From positions 189,410,001 to 189,474,000 of the forward strand of contig OZ038378.1 of the NCBI GenBank assembly GCA_964036045.1: a stretch of DNA of 64,000 nt. Direction: 5' to 3'. Positions 24,986 to 35,558 of this stretch are shown here, piece by piece. The position numbers were made by a program, and so were the translations under genes. Position 1 is the stretch's first letter. Every line of letters starts with the position of its first letter. Origin of the DNA: Eutreptiella sp. 'Long Island Sound 2002'. Lineage: Eukaryota; Protista; Euglenida. The notes beneath the pieces are model-generated. The model did no database searches. It had not been told where the DNA came from and saw nothing but the letters and a program-made list of their open reading frames with translations.

Positions 24986-26275
24986 ATGCGGTCCTTCAGC
25001 CACCGCAACCGTTTTGTGGCCCGTACCCGGCACCACCGGACCCCCGCCACCGGTCAGCCCTGTGTAGGCCTGGCGGCTGTTGCCTCGCAGGCCACTAGCC
25101 CCCCCCCGACAAGTGCCCTCGGCAGGACCGACGGTACTGCACCTGCCGTACAGCCCCACTCCGGGGGTGGCCCTGCTCCGTCTCAGAGCCCGGACTCGGC
25201 GACGGGCTCGCGCCCCCCGAACGCGGGTTTGCCATCGGAGCCTCATCCGCTGGACGACGGGCGGGATATTCAGAAGGATTTGGAGGAGGCGTTGACGTCG
25301 GCGGGGGCCCTTGGGGTGCCCATTGAGCGGGGGCCGTCGGGGATCGAGCTCGCGGTCCTGGACGACAACATGCGCCCCACGTCGGTGCACCCCTTCGACA
25401 CCCCGTCCCCGGTCCCCATCGCCACGGGCTGCTTCCAGGGCCACGTCTTTGCGCGCATGCAAAGCCCCGGAGACGCGTATTTCGAGGGCTGCAACCACAA
25501 CTTCGAGCTGCAGGTCCAGGGCACGTTCCGCTGCCCCGACGCCGGCGCGCTCTTCTTTGGAGTGGAGCTGCCCTCGGCCCTGAAGCTGCCGGTGCTGAAG
25601 CAGGCCATTGCGGGGCTGATGAAGCGGTTCTTGGAGACGTGGGGGACGGACGTGCTGGTGTCCTTTGGGAACCCGGAGTCCGGGGACTGCGCCCGCGTCA
25701 GCGTCCCGTTGCTGGCGGGCATCCACCGGATCGTGCCCACGGCGGCGGGCTATCCGCTGCCGGTGCTGGGGCAGCAGCTGCAGCGGACGGTCGGGGAGGC
25801 GAAGCTCAAGCAGCGGCCCTCCGTGGGCGCCACGTTCCTGCCGCAGACCACGTACACGATGGCGTTGTACTCCATGTTCTTCGACCTCGTCCGGTGGGAG
25901 CTGACGAATATTCCGGGCCTGCGGCGCTTGCCTCTGCAGCAGCTCTGCCCCAGCTTTCGCTTGGTGGTCTACGCTGCAACGGCGGACAGGGCGACCCATG
26001 CGGTGGGCGTTCGGACCCCCGTTTGGCAGTTGCAGGTTACGAGATGCACCAAGTCGAAGGCCGGCCCTGAGGCGCAGCCAGCCACTGACAGGGGGGGCAG
26101 ATGGCGCGGGGATCAGCGCCAGACCAAAAAGGACTCTTCCATTGTGCCTGACGCCCCAGATCTGGCGGAGGCGGTCTGTTATCGTCATCTTGCGATTTTG
26201 GCAGACATTACTTCAGACCGTCCCTTGCCAGGCCTAGCCCTCCTCAACACCCTTGCAAGGTCTAGCCCTCCGTGA
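24986..26275 (+). CDS. DUF1769-family protein with low-complexity N-terminus, single exon
   Basis: 429-aa ORF with strong GC3 bias over about 25330-25980. Motifs YFEGCNHNFELQVQGTF and TTYTMALYSMFFDLVRWELTNIPG...FRLVVY match my recollection of DUF1769 (PF08588). Family assignment is by eye. Confidence 0.7.
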   Translation: MRSFSHRNRFVARTRHHRTPATGQPCVGLAAVASQATSPPPTSALGRTDGTAPAVQPHSGGGPAPSQSPDSATGSRPPNAGLPSEPHPLDDGRDIQKDLEEALTSAGALGVPIERGPSGIELAVLDDNMRPTSVHPFDTPSPVPIATGCFQGHVFARMQSPGDAYFEGCNHNFELQVQGTFRCPDAGALFFGVELPSALKLPVLKQAIAGLMKRFLETWGTDVLVSFGNPESGDCARVSVPLLAGIHRIVPTAAGYPLPVLGQQLQRTVGEAKLKQRPSVGATFLPQTTYTMALYSMFFDLVRWELTNIPGLRRLPLQQLCPSFRLVVYAATADRATHAVGVRTPVWQLQVTRCTKSKAGPEAQPATDRGGRWRGDQRQTKKDSSIVPDAPDLAEAVCYRHLAILADITSDRPLPGLALLNTLARSSPP

Positions 26276-28999
26276 CATCACCTGCAAGGGATCGGGGGTG
26301 CTGCCCGATCGCCTAAAACCGCGGAGTACAACCGGTGACCAACACTTTGTCATTTGTGAGGGCTGCTTTTACTGGTCAAGGTAGTCTGTGTCTATGAGAG
26401 TGGGGGAAAAAAGTGCGGTGCTGTGCGTCAAAGGAATACCCCGGGGTATTGGGGTATTGGGTATTGGGGTATTGGCGACTACCCCAAGATCGCAGCATCA
26501 CTGTCCCTGTGGCTGTGACCAAGAGTTACAACGCCCCCTCCTGCTGCCCCATGATAGTGTGAGGGGGTCGGGCGCAAGACCCCCCCCCCCCTGAAACGTC
26601 CCCCCCCCGTGCAATTTGACGTCGCTTAGCTGTTTTTGTGGGGGGGGGGGGTTCAGATTGGGGCGGTTTGTGGCATCTTCTGTTGCTTTTGAAATGACCT
26701 GGTCTTCTCCGTCACGCTGAATAGTCAGGGTCGGATGACTCCTGCATGTATTTGTTGTATTTTAGACACAAAGGCGATCATGGTTGGCACAATTCTCAGC
26801 ATCGTTGCAGGCCCACATGTACCCTCCCTCGTGACCAGCGAATGCCTTGTCCAACGAACACTACCGTATTTTTTCGGGACCTAATTAAGTAGATACTGGG
26901 TTGCAGAAGAGAGGTTTCAAGCGAGATGATTGGGGGAATTGGGGATTGTTGTGATGCGTCTTGCAATAATGGTGGGAAAATTTTTCAAGCAGGCCCCGAC
27001 TCATGGGGCAGGGACCTGCGCACAAGGAGGGGGTTTCAAGGCGCGTGCAGGGTAGCCCTCCTGAACAGCTTTGCCAGGCCTACCCCTGCTCAACCGCCTT
27101 ATTTGTTCGGCCCCTCCCCAACGGAGTGAAGAATGGAGATGGTGGTGAGAGTGAGGTACAGGATCAGGGTTTTGTCCAGAAGGAGATGCGAGGGCCAGCA
27201 GGTGCGGGTGATCATGGTGCGGGTGATCATCAGGGTGAGAGAGAGGAGGAGGATAAGGCTGCAGCTAGTCACGCTCCGGGTTGGTAGGCTCCAGGCTATA
27301 ATAGTGTAAAACAAAAAAATGCTGTTTATCCTCTCGTCAGACATTGGCCCAAACTAGGCGCCAAAGAGTGTAAAATGATATAAAATGATGAAAATTGCCT
27401 GTAATTTTTGTGCAGGCAGCGAGTGCAAGCCAGTGAAATGCTCAAGGCCTGTTTGTGATGCACAACCTTTTCAAATGGTTGAGGGTGCAGTCCAAGCAAA
27501 AATTATCCAAGTCAAATATTATCCAAAAAACACCCCCCCCCCCCACATCCAAAACCACAGTTGTTTTGTCATTTGCAGGCTCCTGTTATGGACCGTCATG
27601 GTTTCTCAAAATTTGTGGTCAATGCATCTGGATTTGCAGATCCCCGGAACAGTTGGAGTGATGCGTACATCAGAGGGGCTACTGCCTACAATATGAATGG
27701 TGCAGCCGAGATTTTTTTTTTTGGCTATGGATTGTGATGCATTTGGGCAGGGCAGGGTGGCCTCTCCTTTGCTGTAGTTCCAAAATGTTTGGCCCCAAAA
27801 AACCACTACTACTACTGATACCAAAGACTACTATAACACACTGATGGAAACGTGTAATGCACAGATGGAACAAATTTTGGGTTCAATCACTGCGTACCTT
27901 GCGTCAACGCTCGATCCAGGTGCTTCCATGTATCGCCACTCAGCTCCTAAAGGAGAAACGGCCCAATGTACAGGACGTTTTTGCGCTTTGTGGGACACCG
28001 TGGGATCGACCTCAACCACTCTTGCTTCACGGCATGTGGAGGCCTGCAGGATGTGCGCACAGCGGCAGCCACTGCCTCTTGAAGAGTGGCTGCTCGGTGT
28101 GTGCACACACACCTTGTGCACACACACACGGTGCACACAGTGACAGAGAAGGCACAAGTCATTGGCTGCAGGAGACAACTCTGTCCCTTCGCGATTTTTG
28201 ATTCCACAGCACACTGGTAGCTTTCGGTGTCTATGCTGCGCGCTTCGTGCGCACATTGTGCAGCTGTTCCCTGTGGAGTAACTGGGCGCCATGAAAGGCA
28301 ATTGGACCGTTTTGCAGGCTCCCGCAAAGCATGCAATGCTGCACGTTTTGCTCAAAAAGATCCATTACCCATCCTAACCCAAACCCAAGGTGCAGGGTGC
28401 AGGGCACCCTCTTGGTATGAAATTCTGTCGATTGAGACCAAGTTTCATGAATTTAAAATGCAGAGTTGGGGTAAATTTGACAAAAGCAATGGAGCATTAA
28501 ATGAAGGCCCCATAAACAGATGGAGTATGATATGCATGTAAAAAGGCTGCAACCAAATGCCCTGGCCAATTTGTATTTTATGTTATTTGTATTTTTAGCA
28601 TATTGGAACACAATTTTCCACAATGTGGTATCCGGGATCCGAAACTGATGTTGGATTGTGCCAAACTTCAGCTTGAGAGCTTGAAGAGGGTCAAGGGGAG
28701 GGCCAGAACTTGCGTCAGCGGGATGGGGAGCCGAGGAAGAGGGTGGGAGTGAGGGGCAAGGTTAACATGAAAGTGAGCGGGGGGGGGGGGGGGGAGTGTG
28801 AGTGAGGGGAAGCACACCCGTGCATAATGCACAGCCTTCACTCTGCTGAGTCCAGAATATTTCTGTGTTATGCACTGTTCCTTGCCCACATTTATTTGAG
28901 GGGGAGTATTAGCGCACCTGTTTTTTTTTTTTACCATTCCCCACCTGTGCCTCTTCCCCCCCCCCCCCCCGCTCACCAAGAACCATCTATCCCCAACAA

Positions 29000-29160
29000 C
29001 CTAGGGGTGATGTAGACCCTTCTGAATTTGTCCCCTTCTATTGGGGACCCCTGAGAAGGCAGGGGTGTTGTCGCCAATCCGCCCATTTTTGGGCCCCCGA
29101 GAAGGCAGGGGTGATGTAGCCATTTCTGATTCTGCCCCCTTCTATTGGGGACCCCCAGTC
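29000..29160. repeat. Degenerate minisatellite abutting the transposase fragment; related sequence at about 44820-44880
   Basis: Recurrent GGGGACCCC and GAGAAGGCAGGGGTG units. Confidence 0.6.
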
Positions 29161-29173
29161 TGGTTTTGAAGTT

Positions 29174-29377
29174 GGGGGCCATGATGGTGCTTATAAAGGC
29201 CGGGTTCATGTCATTGTGCCATTCATTGGAAGAAAGAATGGCACTTTGACATCCCGCCACCAGTGTTATAATGATGTACATGGGTGGTACCGTGCACGCA
29301 TTGAGCAATTGTTTACTCGCTTGTGGCATTGGGGCTTGGTTAGGAACATTTGGCGTGGCGTCCCCAAAATCCATTGA
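29174..29377 (+). mobile_element. Harbinger/IS5-like DDE transposase C-terminal fragment (absent from the ORF track)
   Basis: Manual translation gives GGHDGAYKGRVHVIVPFIGRKNGTLTSRHQCYNDVHGWYRARIEQLFTRLWHWGLVRNIWRG, matching the D-x-AY-x-G...P...YN..H...R..IE..F pattern of DDE_Tnp_4. Confidence 0.75.
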
Positions 29378-30604
29378 CCAATACAACCATTTTGAGGTCC
29401 GCAGAGGGGGCGGGGGGGGGGGGGGGCGTCCCACCCCGTTTGGGGTCGGGTCCTGGCCGGCAGTGGGCCCGGTGGCCTAGATACCCAAGCAAACCAACAA
29501 AATCCACAACCCCAACAAATTGGCAGAAGTTATTTGCAAAACTGGTGAAAATTGGCCGCTGATTTGGGAGGTAGGTTCAACTAATGACATCCACCGCAAA
29601 AGAAAGGCGAGGTTCTTTGTACCAACGAGAATGTGCGGACCCCACTTTGGTCTAAAAGCCAAGCCAACGCAAAAAACGGGGGGGGGGGGGTTGCAAAACC
29701 CTTCATGACGTCATTTCCGTAGAACCCCCCCCCCCCCCCGGCTCCTTCTGGCGGCAGCTTTGTTCAGGATACAGGCTGGACAACGTGCATTGAGGAAATG
29801 TCCATGACCGTCCCCCTCTTCTTCCCCTCTTCTCAACCTGATCCTCCCCTCACAATGCCCCTGATACTGCTCCCCTCATTCTCATCCCCCTATTCACACA
29901 TCACTACACACAAGCAGTCTGTCTAGGGGAAAAGTTGCCCGGCACACTACCTTTGTATTAAGTATCCTAGCTCTAGCCCCAAGTTTTTCCTCACCTAGGG
30001 AAATCCCCGGAGTAGACTGCACTGTCAATTGCCTGCAAACCTTCCCTGCAAAGCAAGTCGCATAAGCCGGAATATGAGAATTGAACAACACAAAATGTCA
30101 CTCAGAATGTGATTAACAAATAATATTATTCCCACAAGTGTGGGTGTCAATACATTCACAACAATAGTGCTCCCTACACTCATCACAAACCGTGACAGTG
30201 GAGCACTTGTGACAGCACAACACACACACTTCTACCTCGTCCTCTCCCTCATCCTCCGTCCCTCATCCTCCGTCCCGGCCCAGTTGCTCTCGTCCGTCCA
30301 AAGATGAGGCGGAACATGGTCCCATGGTCGGCAAGGAGGGTGGCGGACCTGCCTCCGAATACAAAAGTGAGAAAAATGTGATAATATACGGACAGACTGG
30401 AGGCGCCGTAGATTTTGTTTTAGGTAGGGGGACCCTTGTGTTACTCTATGTGTCTATATTCAAAACGCTCAGAATTTTGTGGAGAATCCAAAAATGGGTG
30501 AAAGACACAAAAAAAAAAGCCTTTTGACCCCACCCGACCTCCGGGTCGGACCTTGGCTGGTGGGAGCCTGAGCTGATGAGCAAACCACCTCGAAGAGAGG
30601 TTGT

Positions 30605-31260
30605 GCAATGTGTGTCTTGCTGTTGTGCGGATGGTTCTGAGGACAGGAGCTGTGATGCGTTGGCGGCATCTGTCAATATGGAGTCTCGTGCCCGCTGGGC
30701 AGCCCCGCCTGCAGGCGTGAACACTCGAACTCATGGTTTGCAGCAGTGGTAGGACTCTAGGATTGTTGAACCTCGCAGTTGGAGCAGATTCGAATGGATT
30801 CCTTGGCACACACACGCACACACACATGCACGCCGGCCGGATAGTGCCAGGTTCAAATCCGGGGGGGCTCGAAATGCGTAGATTTCGTGTTATAGTCTAT
30901 GACTATCTACATAACATCTCGGTTATTTTTTCTCGGCAACCATGTGCTTGGTTTAGCCCCCCCCCCCCCCCCCTTCGGTCCCAAGGGATTCATGGGGCTG
31001 GGATGTGGGGAGCGGTAGGGCACACGAGCATGCAATGTGTGTCTTGCTATCGTGCGGATGGTTCTGAGGACAGGAGCTGTGATGCGTTGGCGGCATCTGT
31101 CAATATGGAGTCTCGTGCCCGCTGGGCAGCCCCGCCTGCAGGCGTGAACACTCGAACTCATGGTTTGCAGCAGTGGTAGGACTTTAGGATTGTTAAACCT
31201 CGCAGTTGGAGCAGATTCGAATGGATTCCTTGGCACACACACGCACACACACACACACAC
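30605..31260. repeat. Direct repeat of about 225 bp ending in (CA)n, with a unique spacer of about 200 bp
   Basis: 30605-about 30826 and 31031-about 31260 are nearly identical. Confidence 0.85.
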
Positions 31261-31357
31261 ACACACTGAACACCTTGAACACATGGTTTGCAGTAGTGGC
31301 AAAAAGGTAGGATTGTTGGACCTTGCAGTTTCAGCATAATTGGAATTGATACCTTAT

Positions 31358-31647
31358 GGGGGCGCACCGTGCGCTGTGCGCACGCTGTGCGAAAAGTCGG
31401 CTGTTTTCCACCACCGATAGCCACGGATCCCAAGGCCCTACACCCCCCTTGCTGGTACACCAGGGGTTTGTTTTTTTAGTTTCACGCTTGCCACGGGTCC
31501 CAGAGTCCTGAATTCTGCACCCCAGACTGTTTTGAATTGATCATACATCCTTCCGCAGGTGGGTGGTTTTCAGGGTGTTCCCGGGATAAACAACGTAATA
31601 ATTGGCGCTCTGCACGCGCTGTGCCCGCACTGTGCAAAAATGCCCCC
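31358..31647 (+). mobile_element. Harbinger-type MITE (family A), second copy
   Basis: GGGGGCGCACCGTGCGCTGTGCG...TGCCCCC, flanked by TAT and TAG; internally homologous to 22581-22867. Confidence 0.65.
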
Positions 31648-32210
31648 TAGCACACACAGGCACTGAAGCTGCACAGCGTTCGCCAACATACATTACCCTT
31701 CTCCAGCTCTGTTCACACTCCAGCAATGTATGGATCCGCCCTCTGCGCCCGTTCTTCCCTCTCAGCATGATACAAGACCTGCACTATGTACCGTTCACAA
31801 GGCACCCACTGCGCCCCGCACCCCCGCATCCTTATGCTCCGCCCCCTGTGTGAGGGCCCGCCGAAGAGCCCAGCATGCAACTCCACACGTTATGTGAGGG
31901 AACGCTATGTTAGGGAACGCCATTCAGTTGTTTCAATGATATTGAGTGCCTCATACACTGCAATGCGCATCTGTGTGGATGTGCGTGTTTGTGTGTGTTT
32001 GTGGGTAATGTGTGTTGCAGCATGTTGAACCTTGCATTTTGAGCATGATATTGAGTGTTTTGGGCGCCACACACACTGCAATCCATGCAACAACAATTCT
32101 GATTCTGCCGGCCCCGCAATTCCAGTCTGAAAACCCCACAACGGCTCGTTCAGGTCCGTCCCACAATATGGTATAGCGCCCGGCGCCGTGGCGACGGCGT
32201 CCTCCCAACA

Positions 32211-35095
32211 ATGCTCGCACTGCTGCTCCTCAGTGCGGTGCACGTCTGCGGAGGGGTGCCACCCGCCACCAAGAGGGAGACTTGCGGTGTATATGGCCCC
32301 ACTGTGTGCCGCCCTGACAATGCTGCGCTTCGCATCTTCGAGGCCATCACCAAATTGCAGAACCCCCACAACTGCTCGACGACCCCTATTCTCTTGAACA
32401 TATGGCCCTTTCGTAGAGCGGGCCTCGGCTCCCGCTTCTCTTTCTACAAGGCGCAGTTGGCGCTGGCGTACAGCGAGGGCCGCACGTACGTGGACCACGC
32501 GTGCTTCGACGCCGGGGACTGCCTGCCCCAGTTCGTGCAGCCCTGGACCAGTTGCACGAAACGCGACGTGGCGGCTGCGAGGTCGCGGGGGCTCGTCCGC
32601 ATCCTTCCCAACCCGATCTTCTACCCGCGGCAACACCGCAGACCCCAGCAACACGGTCCGCACTTTCTCCTCAGGTCTGCCATGAGCATTGCCATTCCCT
32701 TCCCCCCCCCTCCCTTTGCACTGGCACAGCGGTGGAGCAAAGGCCTGCCCAAACCCGCAGACTGAGACCCACACTGCTCGGGACCCGCAGCACTGCGGCA
32801 CACCATTGCTTCACTGACCCATAGCTTCAGGATCTTGAGTGGTTCGCGTGCCTCGTCTCAGCACGGCAACGCCGTTTGACCGTTGTTGTCGTGACTGTTA
32901 TTCGGATAAGGCGCACTGCTTCAGCACAGTATTCAGTGCCGTCATGCCACAGCCGCACGCCGCCCTCTCCCCGGCGCAAGGGCGGCCGACGTCAGTGTCC
33001 GACAGGGATCGACCGCAATGGCCGTGACAGCACAAGGGAGCGGGATGGGGGGCCAACATAGCGCAGGAATTCGCTTTTGCGGTCCAGAGGGTGAGATGCC
33101 ACGAATATGAGCCGGATGTGCCAGCCCCACGCAGCCGCACACAGCCACAAACAGCCACACAGCGCCATACACATCCACACAGAGCCATGCATGCAGAAAC
33201 AGCCACATACCTACACAACTAGGCCAGCTGCGCCCACAACTTTGATTTTTTTGATGAAATACACGGAGGGTGCCCAGCTGCCATCCTTCACGGACAACCA
33301 TGTGTCCAAAGGCGGCCCGAGTTGTGTAGCTCAAATTGGCCTCAGCTGGATCACTGATACACAGCGATATTTTGGGGGAAATTTTGTGACACCAACATAC
33401 GTCAACAAAAATCAGACATATTTTCTCATAGGGGGTGCCAAAGTGCAGCCCCCAACACCGACACCCCTCAAGTACATTTGTCCATGTCGGAATGAGGGGC
33501 TGAGGCACGCACTCCATAGTAGTCTCTGCTCAAGACAAAGTTGTGCCTTCGTGTGCACCTTCATTGAATGGATTGCGTTCCGAACTGTGCTGAGTCCCTG
33601 TCACCCGTAGGCGCGGCTTTCTACAAGCACGGCTTCTCCATCTGACCGTTGGTTTCGTTGATCTGGGCCATTGCACACGGAAGGGCTGAACCAACGCCTC
33701 TGTTCAGGGGCCTGAATGATATGCCGTCACAATAAAACATCAACAAAGAGTCTGGGTAAATACTCCCAATGCGCATGTGGTGCCAATGCCCCCCTCAGCT
33801 TGGAACCCGTGGTAAAATCCCTTCTTGTCGCACATAAGCACAGCTTTGTTCAAGCCCAGGATCCTTGTCTCACCATTGTAATCCCGGACCTCAGCCACGC
33901 TGCGCGCGAAACACGAGCAAACATCCCACGCTTTGCCGTCCCCAGGTCGCCGCGCCCGGAGTGGCCGTATCTGTTGTGGTCGGTGGCAGCGACCAGCTTC
34001 CTCCTGCGGCCATCCGCCGGGATGCAGCGCAGGTTGACGCTCGAGTTGCAGGAATTGGCCCCGTTCTCTGTCGCGGTGCACGTCCGCCACTGCGACAAGG
34101 GCAGTGAGGCGTACCTGCGCCCTTTGGGTGTGTACTTGCAGGCGCTCTGGGACTACGTTCCGGGGGCTGCGGCATCCATTTTCGTGGTGACTGACAACAC
34201 CACGATTTACGGTCAATTGGACAGCCTTCGGGCCGCCAACTTGGCCAGCAAGACTAATGAGACGTCCCCCGCATCGGCCCCGTCTACCGCTCAAGCACAG
34301 CCTGCCCCCGCCCGCGCCCCAACGGATGGCACCGCATCGGACCGCATCGAGGACCCCAGTGGGGTCCAAACGCCACGGGGCACAGCTGCGGACTTGGGGC
34401 TGCATCCGCGACTCCAGACCGCATCCGGCGCATCTCCGGACCCAACCTCGCGCATCCCCCATGCCCCGTTTGTCTCTCAGTCCCGGTCGCGGACGCAAGG
34501 GCCGGGCCCCCCTGTCGCGCCATTCACCTTTGTTTACGGCAACCGCAGCTCCCGCGCACTGCGGACGTGCGCGTGGTGTGGAAAGCCCAGGTCCAGTGGC
34601 AACGACCCCTGCATCCACAAGCACGAGGAGCGCGCGCTGCTCGACCTCCAAATCGCGTCGCACGCGCCACTGGCCGTGTTCACCTGGTCCTCAAATTACG
34701 GCCACCTCCTTCTGGACTTGCAGCTCTTCAGGCACGCGTTCTGCTCCGTTGCTCTGCCGGTGGACAACTATTTCCATGCCGCTGGCAAGGGCTGGGCGTA
34801 CCTGCAGACACAGGGGCCGGTCCAGGGCTCAGGGGGGACGGCTGTATTCCACAATGCGACGATCGTACGGACGCGCAGTGCCAAGAGCAGCGATCGGACG
34901 TTGACCCGCCAGACGCTGCCGGCGGAGACCGTCGCCAGCATCGCGAGCACCGCGGCGGAGCAGACAGACCCATGGGCTCATGGTGTGAGTGGTGTGTGCA
35001 GACCCCACCCATACCAAGCGACCTCCGGAGGTGTGCTCTGCAACTCTTCTGGCAGCAAAATGAACTGTCGTGTTCCAGAGCAATTCTACATCTGA
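32211..35095 (+). CDS. GT23/FUT8-like alpha-1,6-fucosyltransferase-like glycosyltransferase with N-terminal signal/anchor; 2 exons
   Basis: Exon 1 is 32211-32674 (AG|GT) and exon 2 is 33946-35095 (cccag|G), phase 2, giving 537 aa. It has an MLALLLLSAVHV leader, an LQNPHNC...AGLG stem motif, and GT23-type motifs VAVHVRHCDK, IFVVTDN and DLQIASHAPLAVFTWSSNYG. Confidence 0.8.
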
Positions 35096-35558
35096 TGAAG
35101 TAGGGCTGACGTATGCATCGGACAGGCATCGCCAACGGCCACAATCCGACGCAAGCTGTCGTTAGGGTGGTGATGGGTGCCCTGCGAATGTTGATGACCC
35201 TATGGAGCACAGGCCCCCCCCTAATTACTCCATATCAATAACCCTTGGCTGTTTTCCTTTCAGGAGTGCCCTTTAGGAGAGCCCCTCACGGACCAGGCCA
35301 GACACCTTTTGTGAGAACTTTATGTTACACAGCAACACAGCAACAGCACATCTCCTGATTGGCCATCAAAGGCTCGAAGGGTAATTCTGTTGAGACAGCA
35401 GGTAGACTGAGCTCGAGAATCCCCTTCCTTATGTATTCCTCACCCAATAACTGCAGACTCTCCTAGTGCTCTGCTGCTGTTGTTGTGTCTCCCAACTCTT
35501 CAGCACCTGAACACAGCTTGTGAGGAATTGTGTTGTCCCACATATTATGTTATATCTA

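Noticed and set aside
24905-26188. 427-aa minus-strand ORF
   Set aside because: It is the antisense shadow of the GC3-rich DUF1769 gene and has no recognisable motifs.
33740-34663. 307-aa minus-strand ORF
   Set aside because: It is the antisense shadow of fucosyltransferase exon 2.
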